Positions 15,374-23,789 of a stretch of DNA of 43,452 bases are shown here, piece by piece. Positions within the stretch are counted from its first letter, which is position 1; every line of letters starts with the position of its first letter. Source of the stretch: a virus (lineage: Duplodnaviria; Caudoviricetes). Under the pieces are notes generated by a model. The model searched no databases. It was given only the letters and a program-made list of their open reading frames with translations, and was not told the DNA's origin. The position numbers and the translations under genes are program-made. The stretch covers positions 1-43,452 of the IMG/VR virus record IMGVR_UViG_3300032272_000027; one strand, written 5' to 3'.

Positions 15374-16556
15374 CTTTCTTTTTGTTAGGGATTAGCATCG
15401 CTACTCCTTCGTTTCTTTTGACCGGGCCGCCAGCGCCTTCCGTCCTGTTTTGGAAGTCTTGTCGGATAGCCCTCTTTGTCTGCTTGTTGCCCTCTTTGAT
15501 AGAGGCGTTTTGGACCACTCGGACGTACTCCTTTTCAAGCTCACCGATCTTGACAGAGCATGTATCCATGAACTCTTGCTCACCGACCCCGCGCTCTCGG
15601 CAGAGTTCGTAGAGCTTGATCGGGTCCACGACCGATCGGCTTTGCTGGCTTCGCGTTGTCCAGCCCTCGACGCTGTCCGGGTCTTCTTTCAAGCAGCGGA
15701 GAACCGCGGCACGGGTGGCCCTAGCAAGGGGTTCGATCAAGTGGAGCGCGTCCGCGTACTGCTGGATAGCCTCCTTGTTGGCCATTAGGTATTCCCTGGC
15801 AACGATCTCAACCTCTTTGTTGGTCATTCCCTCTTGGATCCCTACGGGCATAGCCGCAACCTGCTTGAACCTCTTGCTAACCAGCGGGCACGTCAGCTTG
15901 CCATTGCAAAACCCGCAGTGTTCCCCCTCGTTATACTCCGGCTCCGGGTCTTTGCAGGCGTCCACGATTGACGCGACGATCTTGATCGCTGACGGGAGGT
16001 GATCGATCTCGTAAGTGTAGGTATCTTCAAGTCGGGGCTGATGGAGGTAGCCAAACCCTTCCGGCTTGTTAAAACTTTGCATAGCGGCAGCGACATAAGC
16101 ATTGATTTGCATGGCCGCCGTGACCTTCTCGAGCGGCTCGCGGTTGGACTTCCAATCTACTACGCGGACCCAGTCCTGTCCTACCAGCAGGAGGTCAGCC
16201 GTGCCCGACGTTAGGACTGCCCCGTCCTCGCCGTACAGGGCTAGGGGCGCTTCGATGTAGATGTCGACGCCTGGGCCAACCCATGATTTAGACTTCAGCC
16301 AGGCTATACAGCGGCGAGCCAGGTCATCGGCCGTATCATCCCAAATTGGAAGAGGCGGGGCCCACTCTTTCCCCTCTACTACATGCCGCCTCCAAACGTC
16401 TAGCATCCCCTCGCACTCTTTGTGCATTTCAGTACCGAACTCGGCGGCTTCTCCGGCCTCTACGATCTCCGGGACGCCCGCCTCTTCCTTATAGCTACCG
16501 GGGCATAGTCGTCGGCGCCCAAGGTTGCTAGGTGAATTTGGGTGGTGATAGCTCAA
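15330..16556 (-). CDS. DUF2800 / Cas4-like PD-(D/E)XK exonuclease
   Basis: SPS....LCPGS, AAEFGTEMH, GTADLL, VVDWK, QINAY, QPRL, GEHCGFC....CP (four-Cys cluster). Confidence 0.85.
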   Translation of the reverse strand: MSYHHPNSPSNLGRRRLCPGSYKEEAGVPEIVEAGEAAEFGTEMHKECEGMLDVWRRHVVEGKEWAPPLPIWDDTADDLARRCIAWLKSKSWVGPGVDIYIEAPLALYGEDGAVLTSGTADLLLVGQDWVRVVDWKSNREPLEKVTAAMQINAYVAAAMQSFNKPEGFGYLHQPRLEDTYTYEIDHLPSAIKIVASIVDACKDPEPEYNEGEHCGFCNGKLTCPLVSKRFKQVAAMPVGIQEGMTNKEVEIVAREYLMANKEAIQQYADALHLIEPLARATRAAVLRCLKEDPDSVEGWTTRSQQSRSVVDPIKLYELCRERGVGEQEFMDTCSVKIGELEKEYVRVVQNASIKEGNKQTKRAIRQDFQNRTEGAGGPVKRNEGVAMLIPNKKKGDDGDSRDLGKITG

Positions 16557-16572
16557 CGCTTGCCTCTCTTCT

Positions 16573-16794
16573 AAAAACCAAGACCCCAGGCGAACGCTAG
16601 CCCGTCGAGAAGGATTAGCAGAGCACTAGGGCCTTGGTCGGTCTATCAAAATGGCCAGACCCAGCCGCTAGTGGGGTGGGTACGAAAATGGTTAGGCTTG
16701 AAATGTTAGGCTTTGCCCGAACGGGCATTCGGCGGGAACCAGGTCTGGCCAAGTTTCTATCTGATTCCCGATTGCTGCCCTCTCAACGCCACTG
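16573..16794 (-). ncRNA. Structured leader / candidate C4- or CI-like antisense RNA region
   Basis: Two long stems (16652-16661 with 16742-16751; 16577-16589 with 16626-16638, fully paired only on the minus strand via G-U) plus internal complementarity of 16778-16788 with 16603-16613. Confidence 0.55.
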
Positions 16795-16800
16795 AGGGGG

Positions 16801-16829
16801 AGATTAAAGATCCGTCAACGGAATAGCAA
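16801..16829 (-). promoter_or_regulatory. Sigma70-like promoter for the replication/recombination operon
   Basis: TTGCTA-17 nt-TAATCT on the minus strand, immediately after the late terminator. Confidence 0.55.
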
Positions 16830-16833
16830 GAAT

Positions 16834-16867
16834 AAAAAACCCCCCAGACCTAAATTGGCCTGGGGGG
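16834..16867 (-). terminator. Rho-independent terminator ending the late operon
   Basis: Minus strand CCCCCCAGGCC-aattta-GGTCTGGGGGG followed by TTTTTT. Confidence 0.85.
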
Positions 16868-16901
16868 CAGGCGAAGGGGTAGCGAGTCCGTGTCACCGTG
16901 T

Positions 16902-17543
16902 CTAAATCGGCGCTCTGTGGAACTCTGAGTCCAACTCACGCACAAGCGTTCGGAACTTCATACGGGTTTCCCGGATGCACTCTTGCTGTCTCGATGTCAG
17001 ATCCTCTGCATGCGGGAAGTTGAACGACAGGTAGCACATAGCGGTCTCATTAGCGGCCAACCGGTACACCCATGCCTGGGCACACCCGTCCGCCTCGTAC
17101 AACGTCTTCAGGTCACCGGATTCCATAGCCTCTGTGACGAGATGCACCCCGCTATCCTGAGCCGTGAGCCTACCTAGCAACTCAGAATACTGGTGGTCCG
17201 GTCGAACCTTGTTCCACTTCCCTGCGAGGCTCCTGGTCTTCCCGTCCGTTGCGTCATAGAGCACGGTCACTGCGGTCGGGTTTGACATGCTAGGCACTCC
17301 ACCATTGTTTTCGCTCTTGATAATGAGCACCCGGCAAGCCCCGCTCTTTTGCACTGCATGACGTAAAGTATTGGTCGTGTCGATCATTCTCGACCATATA
17401 GACCGGATACGGCTAGCACGAGAGGCTTCCTCCCTGGATCGCCTCCGGTCAGACCTCGACTGGAGCCCCTTAACAACCAGCGTGGCCGCGCCTCCAGCAC
17501 CCAAGAGGGAGGTTAGTAACTTGACTACATTGTCGAAATCCAT
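16902..17543 (-). CDS. Membrane-anchored GAF-like protein; T4 holin T-like candidate
   Basis: Single N-terminal TM, then GACRVLIIKSENNGG...TVLYD...LYEADG...YLSFNF, which resembles the GAF-like fold of T-type holins; last gene of the late operon. Confidence 0.55.
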   Translation of the reverse strand: MDFDNVVKLLTSLLGAGGAATLVVKGLQSRSDRRRSREEASRASRIRSIWSRMIDTTNTLRHAVQKSGACRVLIIKSENNGGVPSMSNPTAVTVLYDATDGKTRSLAGKWNKVRPDHQYSELLGRLTAQDSGVHLVTEAMESGDLKTLYEADGCAQAWVYRLAANETAMCYLSFNFPHAEDLTSRQQECIRETRMKFRTLVRELDSEFHRAPI

Positions 17544-17558
17544 GTGACACCCAGAACC

Positions 17559-19562
17559 TTACACGTCGAACGTTTGAACAATCAACGTGCCTTCGCTGCG
17601 CCCAACGTTGACCGCGCCAGTATATGTACCGTGCCGCCTAGCACGGATTTCCCAGTAGTCGGAAGCCGACACGGTGCCCGAGTACATGATCGACGCACCA
17701 CCCAAATCCTGACCAGTGGCGCTGGTCGTGTGGCTGCCTTGCCACTTCCCGTTCGCCATCGTGCTCCCGTTTTTTCTGATTTCAAAGTACGGGACGTATG
17801 TTCCGGTGGAGTCGTACGAGATGTGGGCGTGGAGTATCACATCGCAGGCGTTCTGGAATACGATCTTCGATGTCGTCGTCCCGTCTATCGAAACCCCAGA
17901 GTCTCCGATCTCGTGCGCTATGCTTGTCTCCCATTTGACGTACTCCGTGGACGATGCATTTATGTCCTGACCGGACCCGTCTGACCTACATCGGTACGTA
18001 GGGATGCCACCGTAGACGACGGAGTCTTTGCAGGTGACCCCATCTATTTCCACCCCGTGAGCACTCGTCCTCTCAGAGATATCGTCAGTCTTTAAGCCCG
18101 CGGCAAACATCCACTGGCCGGTGAGGGTCTCGGCAACCTGGGCCGCAAGTAGCTGGATCGTCCCAACACCACTCGGGTATGCCAGGGTTGCATCGCTAGA
18201 GTCGGCGAACTGAAAGATCAGCTTGCCAACCCCCGACCCTTTGACCCGCATGCCTGCCGCCGTGAAGTCGCCCTCATGTTGGACCACGGATGATGAGGAG
18301 ATTCGGGCGTCTGCTAGCGTCCCCGACGTGATCTCGCTCGCTGCGTGGTTGTGCGCCGAAGGTGTGCGGGTGGCGCTAGAGTCGTCAAGGGTGGCGTCCG
18401 CAACTATCGCGTTCAGCTCGGCCAGCGTGTTAATATCCGCGCTCTTTAGGTACGCCTGGAGGTCGCTGATCTGCGACTCGGTGATAGACAGGGCCGCTTG
18501 GTGCTGAGTCACGTTGGACGAGGCTACCCGTGCGTCAGGTAGAGTGCCGCTGGTAATCTCGGTGGCTGCGTGGTTGTGGGTTGCGTCGGCGTAGCTCCCA
18601 AGGTCGGTGATCTCCGACTCCGTGTGGGTGTGACCCGTCGTCGAGTAGCTCCCGAGGTCTGTGATTTCACTCTCGGTGTGTGTGTGGGCAGTCGGTGTTC
18701 GTGCATCCGATAGCCTGCTATCCCCGGTGTCGATCAGTGTGGCGTCGGTGATTATCGCATTTACTTCAGCGAGCGTGTCAATGTCAGATGCTTCTAGGTA
18801 CGTCCCCAGGTCTGTTATCTCCGACTCAGTATGCGTGTGACCCGTGACGGAGTAGCTTCCAAGGTCCGTGATATCCGACTCGGTGTGCGTGTGCGCGGTA
18901 GGAGTTCGGGCGTCGGATAACCTGGAGTCCCCAGTGTCGATTAGTGTGGCATCCGTGATTACCGCGTTGATCTCAGCCAGCGTGTCGATGTCCCCAGCTT
19001 CGAGGTAAGTCCCAAGGTCGGTGATTTCACTCTCAGTGTGCGTGTGAGCTGTGGGCGTCCTAGCATCCGACAGTCGACTATCGCCCGTATCAATCAGGGT
19101 CGCATCGGTAACAATTGCATTCAACTCCGCAAGGGTATCGATGTCCGCCTCGCTGAGATCCCCGCCGCCGCTGACCACCTCCCATCCCGCATCCTTCCTG
19201 GCGTACTGGCTCCCGTCACTCGGTGCGTCGTCTTCCGATGCTAACGTCCCTGCATCTGTGATCGCTTGAAGCGCGTGGGAATGGCTCGCTGGTGGGCGGT
19301 TGGAGATATTGTTGTCCAACGTGGCGTTGGTGATAATGGCATTTAGCTTCTCGAGCGTGTCGATGTCCGCAGACTGTAGTGCCGTATTGACGCTAGCTAT
19401 TTCGTCAGTTAGAGCGTCACCCACCTTTTGTATCGCGTGGAGTATTTGGTTGATCGGGCTCGCGGATGCCGAAGAGGTGATGTTCTCCCCGCCGAATTCG
19501 CTGCCGACTCTGAGGATGGCTTTGGCGATCCTGCGGATGTCCACATCGGTTAGGGCTCTCAT
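17559..19562 (-). CDS. Tail fibre with foldon-like motif, HxH repeats and a C1q/TNF-like tip
   Basis: DAPSDGSQYARKDAGW; repeated DIDTLAE.NA..TDATLIDTGDSRLSDARTPTAHTHTESEITDLG; beta-rich C-terminal domain of about 145 aa. Confidence 0.8.
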   Translation of the reverse strand: MRALTDVDIRRIAKAILRVGSEFGGENITSSASASPINQILHAIQKVGDALTDEIASVNTALQSADIDTLEKLNAIITNATLDNNISNRPPASHSHALQAITDAGTLASEDDAPSDGSQYARKDAGWEVVSGGGDLSEADIDTLAELNAIVTDATLIDTGDSRLSDARTPTAHTHTESEITDLGTYLEAGDIDTLAEINAVITDATLIDTGDSRLSDARTPTAHTHTESDITDLGSYSVTGHTHTESEITDLGTYLEASDIDTLAEVNAIITDATLIDTGDSRLSDARTPTAHTHTESEITDLGSYSTTGHTHTESEITDLGSYADATHNHAATEITSGTLPDARVASSNVTQHQAALSITESQISDLQAYLKSADINTLAELNAIVADATLDDSSATRTPSAHNHAASEITSGTLADARISSSSVVQHEGDFTAAGMRVKGSGVGKLIFQFADSSDATLAYPSGVGTIQLLAAQVAETLTGQWMFAAGLKTDDISERTSAHGVEIDGVTCKDSVVYGGIPTYRCRSDGSGQDINASSTEYVKWETSIAHEIGDSGVSIDGTTTSKIVFQNACDVILHAHISYDSTGTYVPYFEIRKNGSTMANGKWQGSHTTSATGQDLGGASIMYSGTVSASDYWEIRARRHGTYTGAVNVGRSEGTLIVQTFDV

Positions 19563-22500
19563 CGATTGCTCTCAAAGTTGAAGTAGGCGTTAAAAGCGTC
19601 CTGGATGACATCATACAGCGGTCTTGCTGGAGTCCAGTTCTGCGTGGGCCACAGTCTCCGGGCTGAGTTGGTGGTCCCGGCATTCCACTCCCCTCGGAAG
19701 GTGTCTGAGATGAGGTTTAAGGTGTCCGCTCCTGTGCCGACCACTGGGCCAGCGATAGACTCAGCGGTACCTCTAGCCCTGAAGCGCGAAGCCCCTTCCC
19801 CACCCAAAAACCTGTGAACACCGATCCCAGTACCCTTCTCGAGCGCCCCTAGCCCGTTACCCAGGATTCCTAACATCCCGCTCTGATCGATAGCGTCCCA
19901 GATAAATGTTGCCGGGGCTTCCTTCCACCCCTTAAACATCTCTTCGGGCCTTCCGATGTCCCTGCCAACCTCGCGAAGACCAGCGACTACAGACCCCCAC
20001 AGTAAGCCGGTCAAAGCACCCTGGGCGGTTCTCGGGTCAAGTCCCCTGGATAGCGACCCCAAGACAATGTTGTCAGCGGCGACGATCCCAAAGCTAAGGA
20101 ACTGACCGAAGATCCGGACCAATCCTTCGTCCATGAAGAATGGGCGATCCCCGATCCTGGACGTGAACACCCCGCGCTGAGACTGACCGATGACTAGCTT
20201 ATGGAACTTCATGGCGAGAACGTCATCGTCCCACTTGTCCCAGTTGGATAGCTGGACACCAACCTTGCCGTCTGTCTCGCCACCGTGCTTCGCCCATGAG
20301 ACGTAGAATTCTTTGAGGTCTTGAGCACTCACACCCTCATCCGCCATCTCCCGTAGCATTGCCGGGGGTGGTGTTCCGCCGTCTATAAGTTTTCGACCTT
20401 GAGTGAGGATGTTGTCCGCAGCGCTGATCGTAGCGGCCCCCATGTTTACAGATGACACCTGGTTCAGCATTGTCCACTTCGAATAGCCATTCACTCGAAT
20501 ACGGCCCTTACCGGCGTCCTCAATGATCCCCAGAGCCTTTAGCGCCGGGTTATCCAGGGCGGCCAGCATCATCTTCCCGGTTGCCGTGTCGGTCGATACA
20601 TAAGTGCCACCCTTCATGGCGTTCGTGAACTCCGCTACAGACCCAGAACCAGCGACTTCGTTTAGGTCCATGAGCCGGGCGGTATTGGCAAGCTCTAGAA
20701 CCCTGGCACCTTTGGCGTCTAAGCCGTCAAGTAGCTTCCTGTTCTTAAGGATCGCATGCCAAGCGTTCATTGTCGGGCCGAGACCATGCGCGAAGGCTTG
20801 ACCAACCGGGTCCGCAAGAGCAGCAAGGGCGAACCCACCACCGATACGGAAATACTGCCAGTTCATTAGGAAATCAGTCACCTTGTTGTACCAAAGGTGA
20901 GGGTCTCTCAATGGCTCGTTGTACATTCCGGCCTTCAGGCGATCCAACCGCTTGTAATGCTTCTTGACCAGATCCGCCTTCTTCTCGGACGAGATATCCA
21001 TCTCGTGGATGTCTTCGTATACCTTACCTTTGAAGAGGGTGAGTTCCTCTGCCTCGGTTGCCCAGGCTCGATAAACATCGTCATACGACTTGACCACTTG
21101 GTCCATAAGTTCAGAAACGGCGTCTTCGTCAAAGGCATCCGTTCCGTACGATCCGATTCGCTCGGTGCCACCAGCCTTGAAGGTGAACCCGGGGTCTTCT
21201 TTGGCGGAGCCGGATACATCGCTGGTGACTTTCTGCCTGGTGCCCGTGATATCAGGCTTGTCGAACGTCGGGCGCTCGGTGGCTCCAGGTGGATCAATAG
21301 CCCGTGGAGCTTCAACAGGCTCGATACCGGCTGGTTTTGGACGACCGGGGGTATCTCCAGTCCTCACGTTCCTAACGCTGGTTCGACCAGTCATCTCGGT
21401 CGGCGCTGACCTTCTGGGGTCGAAGGTGGGGTTGGTGATCTCTTCGGCGTCGATCTTTTTTCTGACCGTCTTGCGGAAGTTGACTGTGGGAACTCCATCA
21501 ACCGGGTCTTTCTCTAAGATCCCAAGCCTAGCCCCCTGCTCTCGACGGTCTCTAAGCCTGTTGCGCACTTTGTCCAGCGCCTCTTCAGCTAGTCGGCCTC
21601 CCCCTTCTTCGCCCTTGTTGATCTTCTTTAGCAACTCCCTGCGAAGGTTGATGTCCCTTTGAATCTCCTGAGCCACCGAAGATACGCGGTTATTACCGTG
21701 GTACGAGAAGGCCACCTTTGATCTGTAGTCAAGAGCCTCTTCCCGCAGGATATCAAGCTCAAAAACCTCGTCCTCGTTGAGTCCCTTCTCTTTCCACTTG
21801 TCATACTTCTTACTCAGCTCCGGTCGTATGTTCCAGAACTCATCCCCTATCTGACTGCCGAACTTCTTAACGCTCTCGAGCCTAGACCCGACTTTTTGTT
21901 GTACATGTGAAAGCATATCGAGGGCATTTGTGTTGACCACGCCAAGGTCGACGAGTGACTTTAGGGAGATATACTCGATAAGCTCTCGCTCTTGCAGGAC
22001 ATTCACACTACCTGCACCCGTGCGTCTTCCCGAAGGAGTTCCATAGCCACGGATATTGGCCATGATCTTCTCTGCGATAGCGCGGGTAGTCTCTGCCTTA
22101 GCTGGGAAACCGAAAGTCGTGTCACTCTCGGTGCCGCCTCGGCCTCGACGGGTAATGATCGACATCGAGGGGTTGAGTCGAACCGCGTCCTCTATCATGT
22201 CGGTCAAGGTCATGACGCTCGGGTCTACCTTCGCCATGTCCTCAAGTTCGGCGATCCGCTTGAGGTTGTACATCAACGGGGCGTACCTGGTAGCGTCGTC
22301 AACCCCGTCAGCGGACAGCTTCGAGTGCATGGGCAAGACACCCCAGTCGCGTGACTCGCTGTCAATCTTGTCGATGAATGCGTTTACCCTAGCCGACGCG
22401 TTGGCAATGTCCTCCGGCGCACCCTCTGCCCCGAAGTGAGCTGCGTTACCAACAGCCTCGTAGAAGTCTTCATCTGTGGCGATATCTTTACCACGAAACG

Positions 22501-23788
22501 AAAGCGGCTCGTCCTTAGCTCGCCATGAGATAAAAGACTCTTGGACAGAGTTAGCAACAGAGGCGGATTCGAGGAACAAAGCCTCGTTGGAAACTTCCCA
22601 GGTGTCACCTAGCTTGGCCATGTCCAGGGAACCGCGCCGGGAAATCGTTTGCTTGAACAGCATCCTCGAAAGAAGTTGCTCGGAGGGGAGATCCGAAGTT
22701 GCGTACACGATCCGAGGGTTGCGCACGATGGTCCTAGCGAAGCGCCTGGTTGCCTTGTCGGCCACATCCTTCATCTTCCCCTCTCGGGTAATGAACCCCT
22801 GGACGATCGCCTTCCTCTGCGCTGGGTCTCCGCTCCTTAGCTCTTGATTGATAATATCTACAAGTGCCCGCTGGTAAGCTAGGAGCGGATCATCAATATC
22901 CTCGGTCTTCTGCCTCTCCCGAACTATGTCCGCAGCGTCGGAAACGAAGTCGTCTAACCCCTTGGCCGCTTGAGCCCCGACAGTGGAACCATCCTTATAA
23001 GGGCCGTGCATTAGCAACTCGGATGTGGCAAGACTACCCTGAAGATCTTTTTTGACTCGCTCGAGAACGACATCTGCCCCAGCCATCTCCATCTTCTTCA
23101 AGGCGCTATTCATGGAGGCACTACCGGCTATACCACCGAGTGCGAAGCCCATGATCCCGGCGGCGATAGTCCCCATCTCGGCTTGCTCATACGTCCTCAA
23201 GGGGTGAGCGGCTAGCGCGACAGCTTCACTTACAGCCTGCGAGCTACCAGAGATGAAGCCCGTCTCAATGGCCATCCCTAGCCCGGTTTGGGTGATCGAG
23301 ACGTTACGACCGGCCTTGATAGCAGACCGCATCCCCTTGACGCCCTTGGCAACGTTCAACCCAGGGATCAGGACTGTGGGGTCACCGAGGATACCCACAG
23401 AGAATCCGGACACCAAGTTAGCCCACAGCGGAGAGTTTGCCATTGTCAACTGGTCGTGCTCGTCTTCAGCCAACCGCGCAACCATCTGGTCGAACTGGTC
23501 TTTGTTCCGGGCCTTCGACAGATAGACCGAGTGTCGTTGCATCCCCGATTCTTCGATTGCTTGCGGAAGCCTGAACGTCGGGTCCGTATTGAACTGGTCC
23601 GAGTTACCCGGGTCTAGCCGTGCGATATTGATTACCGGGGACTCTTGCCTCCACATGGAGTACATAGTGTCGAAGAAATCAACGTCGTCCGGAGAGCCCT
23701 GCTTATGGTCGAACATTGTTCCACCACTGCGTCGAAGCTCTGCCTCTGCACGTTGCAGCTCCACCTTCGGGTCTAATGGGTTCGACAT
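19559..23788 (-). CDS. Large internal virion (ejection) protein, gp16-like position
   Basis: 1409 aa, helical, third gene after the nozzle; C-terminal hydrophobic segments (FGQFLSF, AIDQSGMLG, GPVVG, RRLWPTQN). Confidence 0.75.
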   Translation of the reverse strand: MSNPLDPKVELQRAEAELRRSGGTMFDHKQGSPDDVDFFDTMYSMWRQESPVINIARLDPGNSDQFNTDPTFRLPQAIEESGMQRHSVYLSKARNKDQFDQMVARLAEDEHDQLTMANSPLWANLVSGFSVGILGDPTVLIPGLNVAKGVKGMRSAIKAGRNVSITQTGLGMAIETGFISGSSQAVSEAVALAAHPLRTYEQAEMGTIAAGIMGFALGGIAGSASMNSALKKMEMAGADVVLERVKKDLQGSLATSELLMHGPYKDGSTVGAQAAKGLDDFVSDAADIVRERQKTEDIDDPLLAYQRALVDIINQELRSGDPAQRKAIVQGFITREGKMKDVADKATRRFARTIVRNPRIVYATSDLPSEQLLSRMLFKQTISRRGSLDMAKLGDTWEVSNEALFLESASVANSVQESFISWRAKDEPLSFRGKDIATDEDFYEAVGNAAHFGAEGAPEDIANASARVNAFIDKIDSESRDWGVLPMHSKLSADGVDDATRYAPLMYNLKRIAELEDMAKVDPSVMTLTDMIEDAVRLNPSMSIITRRGRGGTESDTTFGFPAKAETTRAIAEKIMANIRGYGTPSGRRTGAGSVNVLQERELIEYISLKSLVDLGVVNTNALDMLSHVQQKVGSRLESVKKFGSQIGDEFWNIRPELSKKYDKWKEKGLNEDEVFELDILREEALDYRSKVAFSYHGNNRVSSVAQEIQRDINLRRELLKKINKGEEGGGRLAEEALDKVRNRLRDRREQGARLGILEKDPVDGVPTVNFRKTVRKKIDAEEITNPTFDPRRSAPTEMTGRTSVRNVRTGDTPGRPKPAGIEPVEAPRAIDPPGATERPTFDKPDITGTRQKVTSDVSGSAKEDPGFTFKAGGTERIGSYGTDAFDEDAVSELMDQVVKSYDDVYRAWATEAEELTLFKGKVYEDIHEMDISSEKKADLVKKHYKRLDRLKAGMYNEPLRDPHLWYNKVTDFLMNWQYFRIGGGFALAALADPVGQAFAHGLGPTMNAWHAILKNRKLLDGLDAKGARVLELANTARLMDLNEVAGSGSVAEFTNAMKGGTYVSTDTATGKMMLAALDNPALKALGIIEDAGKGRIRVNGYSKWTMLNQVSSVNMGAATISAADNILTQGRKLIDGGTPPPAMLREMADEGVSAQDLKEFYVSWAKHGGETDGKVGVQLSNWDKWDDDVLAMKFHKLVIGQSQRGVFTSRIGDRPFFMDEGLVRIFGQFLSFGIVAADNIVLGSLSRGLDPRTAQGALTGLLWGSVVAGLREVGRDIGRPEEMFKGWKEAPATFIWDAIDQSGMLGILGNGLGALEKGTGIGVHRFLGGEGASRFRARGTAESIAGPVVGTGADTLNLISDTFRGEWNAGTTNSARRLWPTQNWTPARPLYDVIQDAFNAYFNFESNR

Positions 23789-23789
23789 T

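Noticed and set aside
15330-16556. CRISPR-associated cas4
   Set aside because: No array or other cas genes; the context is a phage recombination module
16557-16900. tRNA gene in the intergenic region
   Set aside because: No cloverleaf with T-loop/D-loop consensus; the stems are too long and arranged differently
18290-19150. CRISPR-like array in the repeated DNA
   Set aside because: Repeats are in-frame, degenerate protein-coding units without unique spacers
17559-19562. Diversity-generating retroelement, given the BPP-1-like head genes
   Set aside because: No reverse transcriptase ORF and no TR/VR pair differing at adenines; the fibre repeats differ mainly at synonymous positions
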